A program made the position numbers and the translations under genes. The notes beneath the pieces were generated by a model, which had not been told where the DNA came from, ran no database searches, and was given only the letters and a program-made list of their open reading frames with translations. This document shows positions 13,745 to 26,439 of a stretch of DNA of 64,000 bases, piece after piece. Where the stretch lies: the NCBI RefSeq assembly GCF_006345805.1, contig NC_043000.1:161200001-161264000 (forward strand). Reading direction: 5' to 3'. Origin of the DNA: Octopus sinensis (Eukaryota). Within the stretch, counting starts at the first letter, position 1, and every line of letters starts with the position of its first letter.

Positions 13745-14602
13745 TACATATATATATATATGTATATATATATACATATATGTATGTATATATATATATA
13801 TATATACACAAATACATATATGTGTATATATATATATGTATTTGTACGTGTATATATGTCTGCGTATGTGTGTGTATGTCTGTGTGTGTATGTGTATGTA
13901 TGTATGTATGTATGTATGTATGTATGTATGTATATATAAAACTAATAGCCCGATAAGCTATTCACTAAATGATTAATGTCTTACGAGTAGATAGTTTATT
14001 AGGCAAAGAATATAAAACTGATAATTGAATTTCCAAAGATTATATTGGATTAACTGAAAATATTTTAGAGGTGATTTAATCAGTATCTAAAACGTTTTAA
14101 AAATCAGCAAATAAATTTGATACAATTTTATCGAAATACATAAGACATTTAAAAAAACATAGCATTATTTAATGATACATATTTTTCTGGATATATTACA
14201 TGCAAATCTTTATTTAAAAAGTCAATGACTTTTGCGATCCTTGCCCCTGATAATCTGATAATATTGTGTCGTAAAAATCCATTTTAGGCGCCCTTTCATA
14301 ATAAATATATTTATACCTTCACAAAGAAAAATATCAATTGAAATAGCTTAAATCATATGACTGCTAAAAACTGAAGTGGCATGAATTACATTAAATCTAA
14401 AATCTGAAAAAGGATTAATTATTCTTTAGTTATGGTTCATTCGTTTTTAGTGGTCTTCTACGAAAAATGCAAACCAGTGAACATATGTTTATCATATACA
14501 ATAAACTTACAAGCTAAAAAATTATTTAATGTCATCATCAAAAGAATTTTGTATTCGTACCGAGCATGTCCTTATTGTTTTTTATACTTTTATAATAATT
14601 TT

Positions 14603-15330
14603 AGGCAATGAGATGACAGAATCGTTAGCACGCCGGGCGAAATACTGAGAGGTATTCAGTCAGCCGTTACGTTCTAAGTTCAAATTCCGCCGAGGTCGAC
14701 TTTGCCTTTCATCCTGTCGGGGTCGATAAATTAAATACCAGTTACACACTGGGGTCGATGTAATCAACTTAAACCCTTTGTCTGTCCTTGTTTGTTCTCT
14801 CTATGTTTAGCCCCTTGTGGGCAATAAAGAAATAAGAATCGTTAACACGCCGGGCGAAATGCGTAGCCGTATTTCGTCTGCCGTTACGTTCTGAGTTCAA
14901 ATTCCGTCGAGGTCGACTTTGCCTTTCATCCTTTCGGGGTCGATAAATTAAGTACCAGTTACGCACTGGGGTCAATGTAATCGACTTAATCCCTTTGTCT
15001 GTCCTTGTTTGTCCCCCCTGTGTTTAGCCCCTTGTGGGTGGTAAAGAAATAAGTATTTCGTCTGCTGCTATGTTCTGAGTTCAAATTCCGCCGAGGTCGA
15101 CTTTGCCTTTTATCCTTTCGGGGTCGATTAAATAAGTACCAGTTACGCACTGGGGTCGATAAAATGGAATTAATCCGTTTGTCTGTCCTTGTTCGTCCTC
15201 TCTGTGTTTAGCCCCTTGTGGGTAGTAAAGAAATAGGTAGGGTTTTCCCTCTTGAGTTCAAATTCCGCTAAAGTCGATATTGTCTCTCATTACAAGCACC
15301 AGGGTCGATGTAATCGACTAACTTCAATCT
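14603..15330 (+). mobile_element. Head-to-tail array of four SINE family A units
   Basis: Units start near 14603, 14836, 15053 and 15253; each contains gagttcaaattccg...gtcga. Confidence 0.9.
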
Positions 15331-15988
15331 TCGAAACTGTTATGCCAAAACTTGAAAGCAATACAATAATTTATAACATATTATAAATTTAGAATTGCTT
15401 CAGTTATTCCAGTAAAAGCTAGAAAACCATTAAAACATAAAACTAACAGTCGCGCCACCTGTATGCACACATCTGAAGGTAAAATGGAGTGTTTACACGG
15501 CAGCTAAACGGATGATCAGTTTCGAGAGATTTAACAGATCATATCGATCTGGTGGTTATTTCATCAAACCACTATGTTAATAGGTGTAAATGGAAACGAC
15601 AAAAACGTGAACGTAAATGAAAGCACACGCACACATACACACACGTATTATATAATCGAAAGTAGCGAACAAAAGGAATAATCTATACATCATTGGTGTA
15701 TGAATAATCTCTTTTAATAAATTGTGTGGTGTTAATATGTTAGCAACAGTCACATGCAACACTTGTAATTATTCAACCACATTTGAAATAGTACTAATAG
15801 TGCAGCTACTGAATGCCAATGTGCTCTCAAACGCGATTTCATATGATAATAGATGACTCAAAGACAAAAGAGTTAATTAAGTGGATAAAGGGAAGTAATC
15901 ATGTAGGAATTATATTCAGTATTTCCCTATTGTTGCATGTTTCGCTAAATGGTAAGAATGTGATACACACACACAAACACCCATGTTA

Positions 15989-16064
<76 letters not shown>

Positions 16065-16108
16065 ATAAGTATGTATACACACATTCATACATATGCAAAC
16101 ACACAGAC

Positions 16109-16169
<61 letters not shown>

Positions 16170-16559
16170 GAGAGAGAGAGAGAGAGAGAGGATAATTATT
16201 ATTGTATAGTTTTCGAAATGTAACTTGACATATCGTCTGGTGAACTGAGGATATGTGTCAGATGACGTACGTGCACAAATATAGAAATGCCTATTGGAAG
16301 GACATCATGTTGACGTAGTGCGTAGCATGCTGTCTGTATTAGACTGTTTGTGGCAATTGGCTTGAAATTTATGTACATCAGAGGTTCCTATCGATTCGAT
16401 TATGCATCACAAAACCTATAGAACAATTAGTAGTACGCATTCAATTTTTATTATTTAGAAATCAACATGTGATGCATGATATAAATGGAAAAGAAATGTC
16501 ATAAAATACAAATTCAAAATGTAATAAAATACAAATTTAGAAATAGGTAGAGTGGGGCA

Positions 16560-17200
16560 TGACGCAGTATCTATTGAACTATAGTGGTAGTGCCAAAAAC
16601 GGTAAAACGGGCAGTAGTACCATCTTGAGCAAGTATCTTAGCTGGTGAATATGACTGAAATTAATGCTAGAAACTTAGGTAGTTTAAGCACATTCGGTAA
16701 TTCGATTACAATTATAGTAATAATGGTGAGTTTTGCCGGGGACTATTTTGGTGTTTGTATCATGAGTTGCGTAGAAGACAATTTTTGTAGCCTATTAATC
16801 ATCTTGTTCAGACTTTTCATTTTTCTTACGTGAGATGTTCTGGTGGCTAAGGAGGTTGTGAAGAATATGATAATATGTCTGGTTAGTTCGAGTGCTGTTA
16901 TATGCTAGGATGCTTGATGTCTCAGAAAAGGAAAGACCGTTGTTTTGGGAAAATATCCGAGTTAGCCAGTTTGTAATTGTTCATGGGTGGTGATTGGGAT
17001 ATGACTGAAGCTTTGTAGTTTCAACTGTGTTATATATAGGTAAGGTGCGACTGTTTCTTTCGTTATATTGTGTATTCACTAGGGAGATAAGCATTTATAA
17101 CTTCTTTGCTAAACACAGATGATAGCTGCTACATGCTGTATTATATTTGATAGTTTTGTCATGATGCTCCAGTTTATAAGTAGATTGACCACTCTGCAAT
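16560..17200 (-). mobile_element. Decayed Penelope-like element relic
   Basis: 17050-17200 reads YKLEH...KYNTACSSYHLCLAKKL...NERN, matching the PLE GIY-YIG C-terminal YN..C.LCL.EK pattern; the remainder is poorly resolved. Confidence 0.4.
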
Positions 17201-17271
17201 ACTTTAAAAGCCATTCAGACCTCGAAAGAGTTGTAGCAATAAGTTCGTTTTAATATCTGATAGATGAAGAT

Positions 17272-17401
<130 letters not shown>

Positions 17402-17487
17402 TATTATTATTATCATTATTATATATTACGGAGATGTACTTGCATAGCGATTGACTTGATCTGAGATCGTGTGCTGGAACGAAAACG

Positions 17488-17694
17488 ATTGCAGCGTGGA
17501 AGATGTTTATAAGCCATTTAAGAAACACAAAACCGTTAGATTCACTTCAACGTTTAAATTTAATTTGTCAAAATATTTTCGTCGCTTTGAGACCGCGACC
17601 TGTTCACTGACAAAGCTTCGTGCTTTAAATGTTGAAGTGAATCTAACGGTTTGTGTGTTTTTAAATGGCTTATAAACACATTCCATGCTGCAAT
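17488..17694. mobile_element. MITE/foldback element with ~70-bp terminal inverted repeats
   Basis: ttgcagcgtggaagatgtttataagccattta...gattcacttcaacgtttaaa is mirrored by tttaaatgttgaagtgaatc...ttataaacacattccatgctgcaa. Confidence 0.75.
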
Positions 17695-17696
17695 TG

Positions 17697-17739
<43 letters not shown>

Positions 17740-17944
17740 AGAGAACAAAAACGCAACAGAGGACAATAAATCAACCGGACAGATAGACTATACAAAGGCG
17801 GACAAGAAAAACAATTAGAGGGATAGGAAAAAAAGGATGGATCATTCGTGACCTTCTTTCGTCAGTCAAGTTACCAGATGTCCTTACAGTTTCGGGCAGT
17901 TTCGATCTGGTTGCCCCCCACCACCACTACCAACACCACCCAAA

Positions 17945-18597
17945 ACATAATGTGTTCTTATTTCTTTGTCCTCTGGATTATCCTTCCGACGGATTTCATT
18001 ATAGAGTGTCCTAGCTACAACGTCATGTCTAATCGGTAGATAATACCGTGATGAAGTTTTGGGACAACTGCTTATGATGTGGCTGATATCTGCAGTGTGA
18101 AGTCCACAGAGTCTGCATCGGTTGTCACTGTTTTTGGCTTTTTCTCCATTTCTATCCCTCTTGTTCATCAGGTACTTGGTTGATATTTCATGTTCCTGGA
18201 TTGTAAATGCATATCCTTGAAAGTAGGAGGTAGTAATGTTGCTATTGGCCCATGATAAACTGCTTTGATGATCGATGTTACTATCATCTCAGAGCTTTCC
18301 ACTAACATATCTATGCATAGTCTTCTGCTCATATAGGCTCATCCTTTGATCTGATGATATGTGGCAGTAGTATCGTGCAACTCCTTTTGGCATGTATTCT
18401 GGGTTATCAGTCAAAGTGTGTTGCTCAAGGAACTGCCTTCCAAGTCTTAAGATGTTATCAGCCTCACGTATGCAAACTTGGTCAAATGATGCAATTCGAC
18501 ACTTGGTGGTTAAAAGATGTTACCGAAGGGTTATGATGCGATATTCAAAGAGATTTGGGATCGATGTTAAGCCCCTGCCGCCTTCTTTCCGTTTTAG
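17945..18597 (-). mobile_element. RLE-clade non-LTR retrotransposon fragment (post-RT region + CCHC zinc knuckle)
   Basis: ORF 17884..18168: CRLCGLHTADISHIISSCP...RHD (C-x2-C-x8-H-x4-C), preceded by a QEHEINTK motif. Confidence 0.8.
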
Positions 18598-18690
18598 GTA
18601 GAGTGTATGTATGTATGTATGTATGAATTATTAATGTATATATAAATGAGTGTTTGGATGTGTGTGTTTGTGTTTCTCTTTAGGTGTGTG

Positions 18691-18777
<87 letters not shown>

Positions 18778-19383
18778 AGTGTGTGTAATGTATTAGAGAC
18801 CTACAGGTTTCAGTCATCGGACTTTTAGCATATTGTAATAACCTATTTCAGTAGAAAATTGTATCGCTAATACGATAGTTCTATTAATTTTGTGAGATGA
18901 ACATATGTCTATCGTAACAAAACTAGAGTAGAAATAAGCTGAAAAGTTGGACGTCACTAGATTGCCTGATAGGTTTCTCGTGTAGTATGAACAGTTATAG
19001 ATTTCTAAGTTAAACTTCCTCAATGTACCTTTCTTTTGTTGCACTCATAAATGTATACATACAGATATGTTTGTGTATATGTGTGTGTACATGTGTGTAT
19101 TATATATGTACAATATATGGGTGACTCTATGTATGTATGTATGTATGTATACGTATATGTATGGATAAGCTGATAGATAATTAATTAGATAGATAGATAA
19201 AGAGAGAGAAAGAGAGAGAGATAATAGTATAAGCATATTAAGCAGTGACTATTACAATAAACGTGTGTGTAGAGTAATTTTGACTCATTCTTGTACACTA
19301 GAAGGAGAAAGCATGCATTGGTGGATTTTGTCTCTATAGAATATTTCAGTCTAATAAGTTGGTTTAGTACAAATTGAGGTGCC

Positions 19384-20690
19384 GTATGTATGTATGTATG
19401 TATGTATGTATGTATGTATGTATGTATGTATGTATGTATGTATGAATGCATGTATGTATTATGTATGTATGTGTGTATGTATGTATGTATGTATGTATGT
19501 ATGTATGTATGTATGTATGTGTGTATGTATGTATGTATGTGTGTATGTATGTATGTGTGCATGTATGTCTGTATGCATGTATGTATGTGTGTATGCATGT
19601 ATGTGTGCATGTATGTATGTATGTATGTATGTATCTATGTATGTATGTATGTATGTATGTATGTATGTATGTATGTATGTATGCATGCATGTATGTATGT
19701 ATGCATGTATGTGTGCATGTATGTGTGTGTATGCATGTATGTATGTATGTATGTATGTGTGTATGTATGTATGTATGTAGTATGTATGTATGTATGTATG
19801 TGTGTATGTATGTATGTGTGCATGTATGTGTGTATGCATGTATGTATGTATGTATGTATGTATGTATGTATGTGTGTATGTATGTATGTATGTATGTATG
19901 TGTGTATGTATGTATGTGTGCATGTATGTGTGTATGCATGCATGCATGTATGTATGTATGCATGTATGTGTGTATGTGTGTATGTATGTATGTATGTGTG
20001 TATGTATGTATGTGTGCATGTATGTGTGTATGCATGTATGTATGTGTGTATGCATGTATGTATGTATGTATGTATGTGTGTATGTATGTATGTATGTATG
20101 TGTGTATGCATGTATGTATGTATGTATGTGTGTGTATGTATGTATGTATGTATGTATGTATGTATGTGTGTATGCATGTATGTGTGTATGTATGTATGTA
20201 TGTCTGTATGTATGTATGTATGTATGTATGTGTGTATGTATGTGTGTATGTATGTATGTATGTATGTATGTATGTGTGTATGCATGTATGTATGTATGTA
20301 TGTGTGTATGCATGTATGTATGTATGTATGTATGTGTGTATGCATGTATGTATGTATGTATGTATGTATGTATGTATGTATGTATGTATGTAGTATGTAT
20401 GTGTGTATGCATGTATGTATGTATGTGTGTATGTATGTATGTATGTATGTATGTGTGTATGCATGTATGTATGTATGTATGTATGTATGTGTGTATGCAT
20501 GTATGTGTGTATGCATGTATGTATGTATGTATGTATGTGTGTATGCATGTATGTGTGTATGCATGTATGTGTGCATGTATGTGTGTATGTATGTATGCAT
20601 GTATGTATGAATGTATGTATGTATGTGCGTGTGCATTTATGCATGCATGTATGTATATATTTATGTGCGTGTGTACATTCATGCGTGCAA

Positions 20691-20700
<10 letters not shown>
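19384..20700. repeat. ~1.3-kb compound (TATG)n/(TGTG)/(CATG) microsatellite
   Basis: Direct reading; source of the 300-500 aa artefact ORFs. Confidence 0.97.
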
Positions 20701-20726
<26 letters not shown>

Positions 20727-20765
20727 ATGCGTAATTGAGTATTTATGTTATAATAAACACTCTGC

Positions 20766-20857
<92 letters not shown>

Positions 20858-20929
20858 CTGTGCATATGTGATTTTATGCCTGTGCATTTATGAGAATCTT
20901 ACGTTTTCAAAATTACCGCATCATTTGCA

Positions 20930-21471
20930 CTCCAAAACTTACAAAGTTATCTCTATATATCTTAGCTGATTCGTGAGCTTTATGGCTTTGTGGATTTAAT
21001 TTTTGGATAATCTACTTTTGCAATGGTACCATCATTTGGCATTCTGTCATCTCTTTAATTCAGTTGCAATACTTTGCATTCTGTTCGTTCGTTCGTATAT
21101 CCACTCATCAACATTCGTTAATATCATCTAATACTTAAATACAATGTACTACCTTTCCTTAGTTCCTTCTCATTTTATCAACTGTAATGGCTGGGCTTCA
21201 GCTTAATTATTAATGTCTTAAACTCCCCTCTATTCCTCTTTACTGACTCTGTAAATGTTTCACCCGTTTTCATGCCATCCAAATCTTGTATATCAACATA
21301 AAAGGTAACATATTTTGAATAATGTTTATATGCAGAACTGCTAGATCTGTCGACTCTAGAATCTGTAAAGCTTCGGATACAGTGTATTGCTTTACTTATG
21401 TCTTTTATGAGTTCTGATATTATGACTTCCAACCCACTGTCGCCAACGTTGATTTTTATATCATGATCCAA
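20930..21471 (-). mobile_element. Possible decayed PLE C-terminal fragment
   Basis: ORF 21178..21471 and downstream broken frames (VVHCI...; IIQKLNP) loosely resemble the PLE linker and GIY-YIG region. Confidence 0.3.
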
Positions 21472-21594
21472 TGAAATAAATATTCAAATCTATGAATCAA
21501 TTCTCCAAATGCAAAGACTTGTACCTAGTTGTAACATTTATTATTATTAAAACACCGAATACTGTGAGGCCATCGATTTGCAAACCCGTTAGAA

Positions 21595-21932
21595 CTCTTA
21601 TAGGAGCACTCCATCGGTTACGACGACGAGGGTCCCAGCTGATACGATCAATGGAACAGCTTGCTCGTGAAATTAACGTGCAAGTGGCTTAGCACTCCAC
21701 AAGCACGTGTACCCTTAACGTAGTTCTCAGGGAGATTCAGCGTGACGCAGTGTGTGACATTTCCGGCCCTTTGAAATACAGGTACTACTCACGTTTGCCA
21801 GCTGAGTGGACTGGAGTAACGTGAAATAAATAAAGTGCCTTGCTCAAGAACACAATGCGTCGCCGGGAATTGAACTCGTGACCTTACAACCGGGAGCCGA
21901 ATGCCCTAACCACTAAGCCACGCGCCTTCACG
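21595..21932 (-). mobile_element. tRNA-derived SINE family B, full length
   Basis: Reverse complement gaaggcgcgtggcttagtggttagggcattcggctc...gagttcaattcccggcgacgc...cttgagcaaggcact...ccctcgtcgtcgtaaccgatggagtgc. Confidence 0.9.
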
Positions 21933-24450
21933 AATTCTAATAATCAATAGAAATTTCGTAAAGTATTTTCTATATATGAACCTATTCAGTATTGTAGATC
22001 AGTTGTGCAATTACTCTGTTAGTAGCGCTATTAAGTAATTTGTGTTTCCGAGCTTTTAACTTCATTACATCTATGGCTTTCTTACATACGGAAACGTCTT
22101 CGTTTCAAGAATTGTTTCTCCCGTCATCAAATTTATAGTGGCTCTTGCTTTCTAAACAGAAAACACTACACGACAATAACACTCTTTACTTTTTTCACTC
22201 CTTTTCTCTCTCTCTCTTTCACGCTCACCCACACCAACAACATGTTTATTTGTGTGTGTGTGTGTATCTGTATGTGTACGTGTGATTCATGGACACGCAC
22301 ACAAACTCATACACACAAACGAACTAAATACATATACGTATCTAGTTGTCTATCTATATCTATACTCACAAACATACACGTCTGTATATAATTGATTTAA
22401 AATTGGAAGAAATTTTGTAGTCTATGGGTCTATAAACGTAAATATATTTTAGTCCCACTGATAGTAGGACTATATGCTTTATATGAGTATGTATGAGCGT
22501 GTACATTTCTGTGATTCTCCCTTCCTTCAACGTTTTACTCTCGCTTTGCTATTTCTCTCCTTTGGCCAACTTTCAGAATTTGATCAAATGAAGTATTTCA
22601 TAAATTAAAACGCCTTTAAACTTATTTCATTAAATGCAAAAGGATATATATTTACTCACTTCCAGAAACAATTACACATACATACAGGCGCTAGCAAGCA
22701 AAGAGACAATTTATACTCCATAATAATGAAAATAATCCTCTTAAGATGTTCGTCCATTTGTCCTTTTCTATTTGGCAGCTTATGCATTGATGTTATTGTT
22801 TTGTTATAAGATATACGTTCGATTAATTAAAATCTTAGTTCTTTTCCAACCTCAAATGGCTTATAACTTCATTTACATACGTAACTTCACATAAATACCA
22901 AACACCATATCGGATACCTGAATTTAATTAATTAGCAAATATGACTCGAAGAAAAACAAAAAAAGCAACACTTTCTCTTTCCGACTTCAATTCAGGTCAA
23001 TAACCTCACACAAAACAAACATAATATTTTTCGATAAATCATCCTACTGTAGACTGATGTAGCAACATACACAGAGTGAAGATCCACAAGATGGCCGCCG
23101 TTTCATCTAGAAACAAGACCTAAACATCCATCGTATATCGTCTGAATTCATTGTAGAGCATTGTTCTGTAAATAAGATTTATTACATAATGTATTTCCAT
23201 TTATCTCTAAAAGATTTGTCGGTTAACGCCAGAGCTCATCTGATCAAATATGTGCTTCAGCATGATTGACAACCAAACATATTGTTTGGTTATATGGCAA
23301 GCAGTTAACAATTGCCGGATATGTCTCCGGTTAAAACCATGTCGTAGTTCATTGCTGTTTTCAGAGATTTTTAATATGGTGTTTATGACACAAAACTTTG
23401 AAGAGAGGAATGACATGTGAATGCTTGCTGCTCAGTTACACATGCTTTTCTCGCTCATATTAGTATTAAATCTCATTTAAATCACTACTTATCATCTTAA
23501 GAAAAGTACATGCCTGAAAATATTATTCTATTTAGCCTTAAAACCTGAAATGTTCCCAATAAGAATACCACAGTCACAATGCGTCTACTAAATCAGGATA
23601 GGTCTATGCCTAAACAGAACTACAGACAAAATCACACTCCATTTCTTTGTTGCAGCATTCTCACTCAAAGCATCCGCCTTTTCTGCTTCTGCTATTCGTA
23701 ATATCATCGTTCGATGCAATAGCTGTGATACTTGAGAAATAATACAATTATGGAAGTTGTATTTTTATCTCATGTGTATATGATGCTTTCACTTTCTTCT
23801 TTAACTTTACATTTATTTGAGATTTTTCTCTCTTTATTCACCACCTTTCGTAAAAGTTGTCACGGTGTATTACTGTGAGAGTTTTTATAGAGGGCTATCA
23901 ACTGAAGGATATTATTCAACTTGGATATTATTTTTCAGTATCAATTATATAAATGTTCCTGCAATACAAAAGAAATTACCTGAATACCTTGCATATATAT
24001 CTATATATGGCTATATTAGAGCAGGCAAATTACAAATTGAAGAAACATCGATAAAACCAGTGAAGTGATGATCTTTCGAACGATAAGCCATTACCACCAC
24101 ATCTTAAAATTACAAGAAACCATAACACTTATAGACTCTTAAAGACTATTTACTAGCCCGGGTTAATGTTATAAATCATTTATTTTAACTAGATTATTCT
24201 CTGGGAAAATATTGCTGTTCACATAACACTGCATATATCAAAAGAATGAGTCCACTTTATACATGTACACATAAGTTTGCTGACATTTTTATGTGAAAAC
24301 AATATTACAGACTTCACCTAAAAATAAGTGTAAGACAGTTATAACTTGTCTGTAAAAACATACAATGCACTTCAGTTCTATATTTAAGAGATGAGGAATT
24401 ACGTACATTATTTACATTTGAAGGATAGTTGTCCTCATCTTGTTTGTAGT

Positions 24451-24497
24451 TAAAACAACGTTTCGGCTGATATACCCCACAGCCTTCATCAGATGTC
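24451..24497 (-). ncRNA. Minimal type I hammerhead ribozyme motif (C3-G8)
   Basis: GACAU-CUGAUGA-A-GGCUG(uggggUAUAU)CAGCC-GAAA-CG-UU-GUUUU; 5-bp stem II, palindromic AACGUU stem III, weak stem I. Confidence 0.7.
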
Positions 24498-24561
24498 TTG
24501 GGGAAATTTCGAAACTTGGTTTTCATTCCTAAGGTATTTTTTAGATGTTGTTATTATTATT

Positions 24562-25192
24562 CAGTAGTTTTATTTTTATAGCGTGCTTTCACTTCACTAC
24601 CGAGCGCAGTTCTGTGTGCCTTGGGTATGTGCTGTGATTTGTTGTGATGCTCTGATGGTTACTGTATTGAAAGTGTTCTGAGTAGGATGTGTGCAGTGCC
24701 TAGTAGTGCAATTTTCTGTATGTTATATGTGTTTGTAAGTCCTGGTGTTTTTGTTATGTATTTGTCTGAATATTTTTTTATCATGCCTAATGCACCTACT
24801 ATGATAGGATTTGCTTCTGCTTTTAGATTCCCCATTCGAATTACCTCTATTTCCAGGTCTTTGTATTTTGAAAGCTTCTCTATTTCTTTTAGAGACACGT
24901 TATCATCTGCTGGTAATGATACATCAATTAGAAAGCATTTTTTTTCTTCATGATCTCTGACAACTATATCTGGCCTGTTGGTCTTAATTTCTCTATCTGT
25001 GTGTATTGGCATATCCCAGAGTATGCTTGCTTTCTCGTTTTCTGTGACCTTTTCTGGTGTGTGCCTATAACATCTTTTTTCTGTTGTTATTCCATAATGT
25101 CGGCATAGCTTTCAGTGTATGTAGGTCCCGACTCTGTGATGTCTGTGAATATATTCCTTCTTAGACAGGACTGGACAGCCAGAGATAATATG

Positions 25193-25200
<8 letters not shown>
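24562..25200 (-). mobile_element. 5'-truncated R4/Dong-like RLE retrotransposon (zinc-knuckle end, RLE nuclease, 3' UTR)
   Basis: ORF 24659..25012 (NRPDIVV..LIDVS...KEIEKLSKYKDLEIE...GALG...ALLGTAHIL) preceded by HIISGCPVLSKKEYIHRH; (TAA)n on both flanks. Confidence 0.92.
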
Positions 25201-25239
<39 letters not shown>

Positions 25240-25310
25240 TCACTGCCTGGAATCAAACTCGGAATCCTGAAGTTAGTAGACCGCGCTCGGAACCACTACC
25301 CCATATGCCC

Positions 25311-25402
25311 CACGGCGTAGTGCTTAAGTGCGCGGGCTACTAACCTCAAGATTTCGAGTTCGATTCCAGGCAGTGACCTGAAAAATAATGATAATGATGA
25401 TA

Positions 25403-25456
<54 letters not shown>

Positions 25457-25625
25457 TAACAACAACAACAACAACAACATCGAAAATACCTTAAGAATAG
25501 GAACCTAGGTTCGAAATTTCCCCAAGACACCTGATGAAGGCTGGAGATTATATCAGCCGAAACGTTGTTTTAACAACAAACAAGATGAGGACAAATATCC
25601 GCGAATTGTAAATAATGTAAATAAT
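25311..25625 (+). mobile_element. tRNA-headed, hammerhead-bearing SINE (copy 2), uninterrupted
   Basis: ggcgtagtgctta...gagttcgattccaggcagtgacctga, (AAT)n/(AAC)n, then tail with HHR core. Confidence 0.8.
25526..25571 (+). ncRNA. Minimal type I hammerhead ribozyme motif (C3-G8)
   Basis: GACAC-CUGAUGA(25531-25537)-A-GGCUG(gagauuauau)CAGCC-GAAA(25559-25562)-CG-UU-GUUUU. Confidence 0.72.
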
Positions 25626-26439
25626 ATATATAATGCGCTATCTAAATTATTTACAGATAGCTGATATCGTTGATTGAAATTAAGGTGCAACCTTACAGTC
25701 TGGTAAGCTGTCGATAGGTAACGTAAATCAGTCCACTGCAAGTTACCAGCTTAAGTTCTTATATTTCAATTTGGTGTTGGATTGATCGAAATGAAACAAG
25801 TCACTAGATTAAAAGTTTTAGTGCGATCTATCATGATATGCAGATGTATTGTCATTAAGAAAGTAAATTTTCCAAAACATTGCTTTATATGTAGTGCTCC
25901 CGCTGCTGGATTCCATGACTTGCAAGTACATTGTGCTGTTGATATGTGTGACAAATCAGACAGAATGCCCCGGCTTAAGTGGATATATTTTAAAAACCAA
26001 CAACAAGTTGTTTCTCAACTTTCCTATTTCACATTCTTGGGTAGTTGATTATTAATGAGTAGGGGGTATAAAATTACCTCTTCATCGATTCATGAGATGA
26101 AATTTACTGTGGCTATTTCGTTGTAGATTTACATCAAACATTAATTTACAAACCTTTTTAAATAGTAATTTTCAATATGGAATAGTTACGAGAAGATTGT
26201 TGCAATGTGTCACCTATTTTTTTACAGAATAGTAAATGTGGGCGCCTGAAGCGGAAACTAGTTTGTTGCAAGCATTCAGGCCAGTTTTGCAGAGACACTG
26301 CAGAGATAATACAACTCTGTTTTCAGTAATGCTAATGCGGTTGATCTGACTAGTATCAGTCACGTAAACACTCAACTAACCATATCTGACATAATGTTGG
26401 GTGCTCCTGCTAGCCTAAGAGAAATAAATAAAATCAAAC

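Larger units (their letters stand above)
24371..25310 (-). mobile_element. tRNA-headed, hammerhead-bearing SINE (copy 1), interrupted by an RLE insertion in its (AAT)n linker
   Basis: Head at 25235-25310 (tggggtagtggtt A-box-like, gagtttgattcc B-box-like), then (AAT)n, then tail 24371-24548 homologous to 25479-25625. Confidence 0.8.

Noticed and set aside
14603-15330. Repeat array superficially like CRISPR or satellite
   Set aside because: Units are ~200-bp SINE copies with no unique spacers and no cas genes; the context is eukaryotic.
19364-20887. ORFs of 300-500 aa (MYVC/HTYI repeats)
   Set aside because: Translations of the (TATG)n microsatellite, which lacks stops in several frames; no coding signature.
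25235-25381. tRNA genes
   Set aside because: A/B-box-like motifs are present but there is no complete cloverleaf or acceptor stem; these are SINE heads. The same applies to families A-C.
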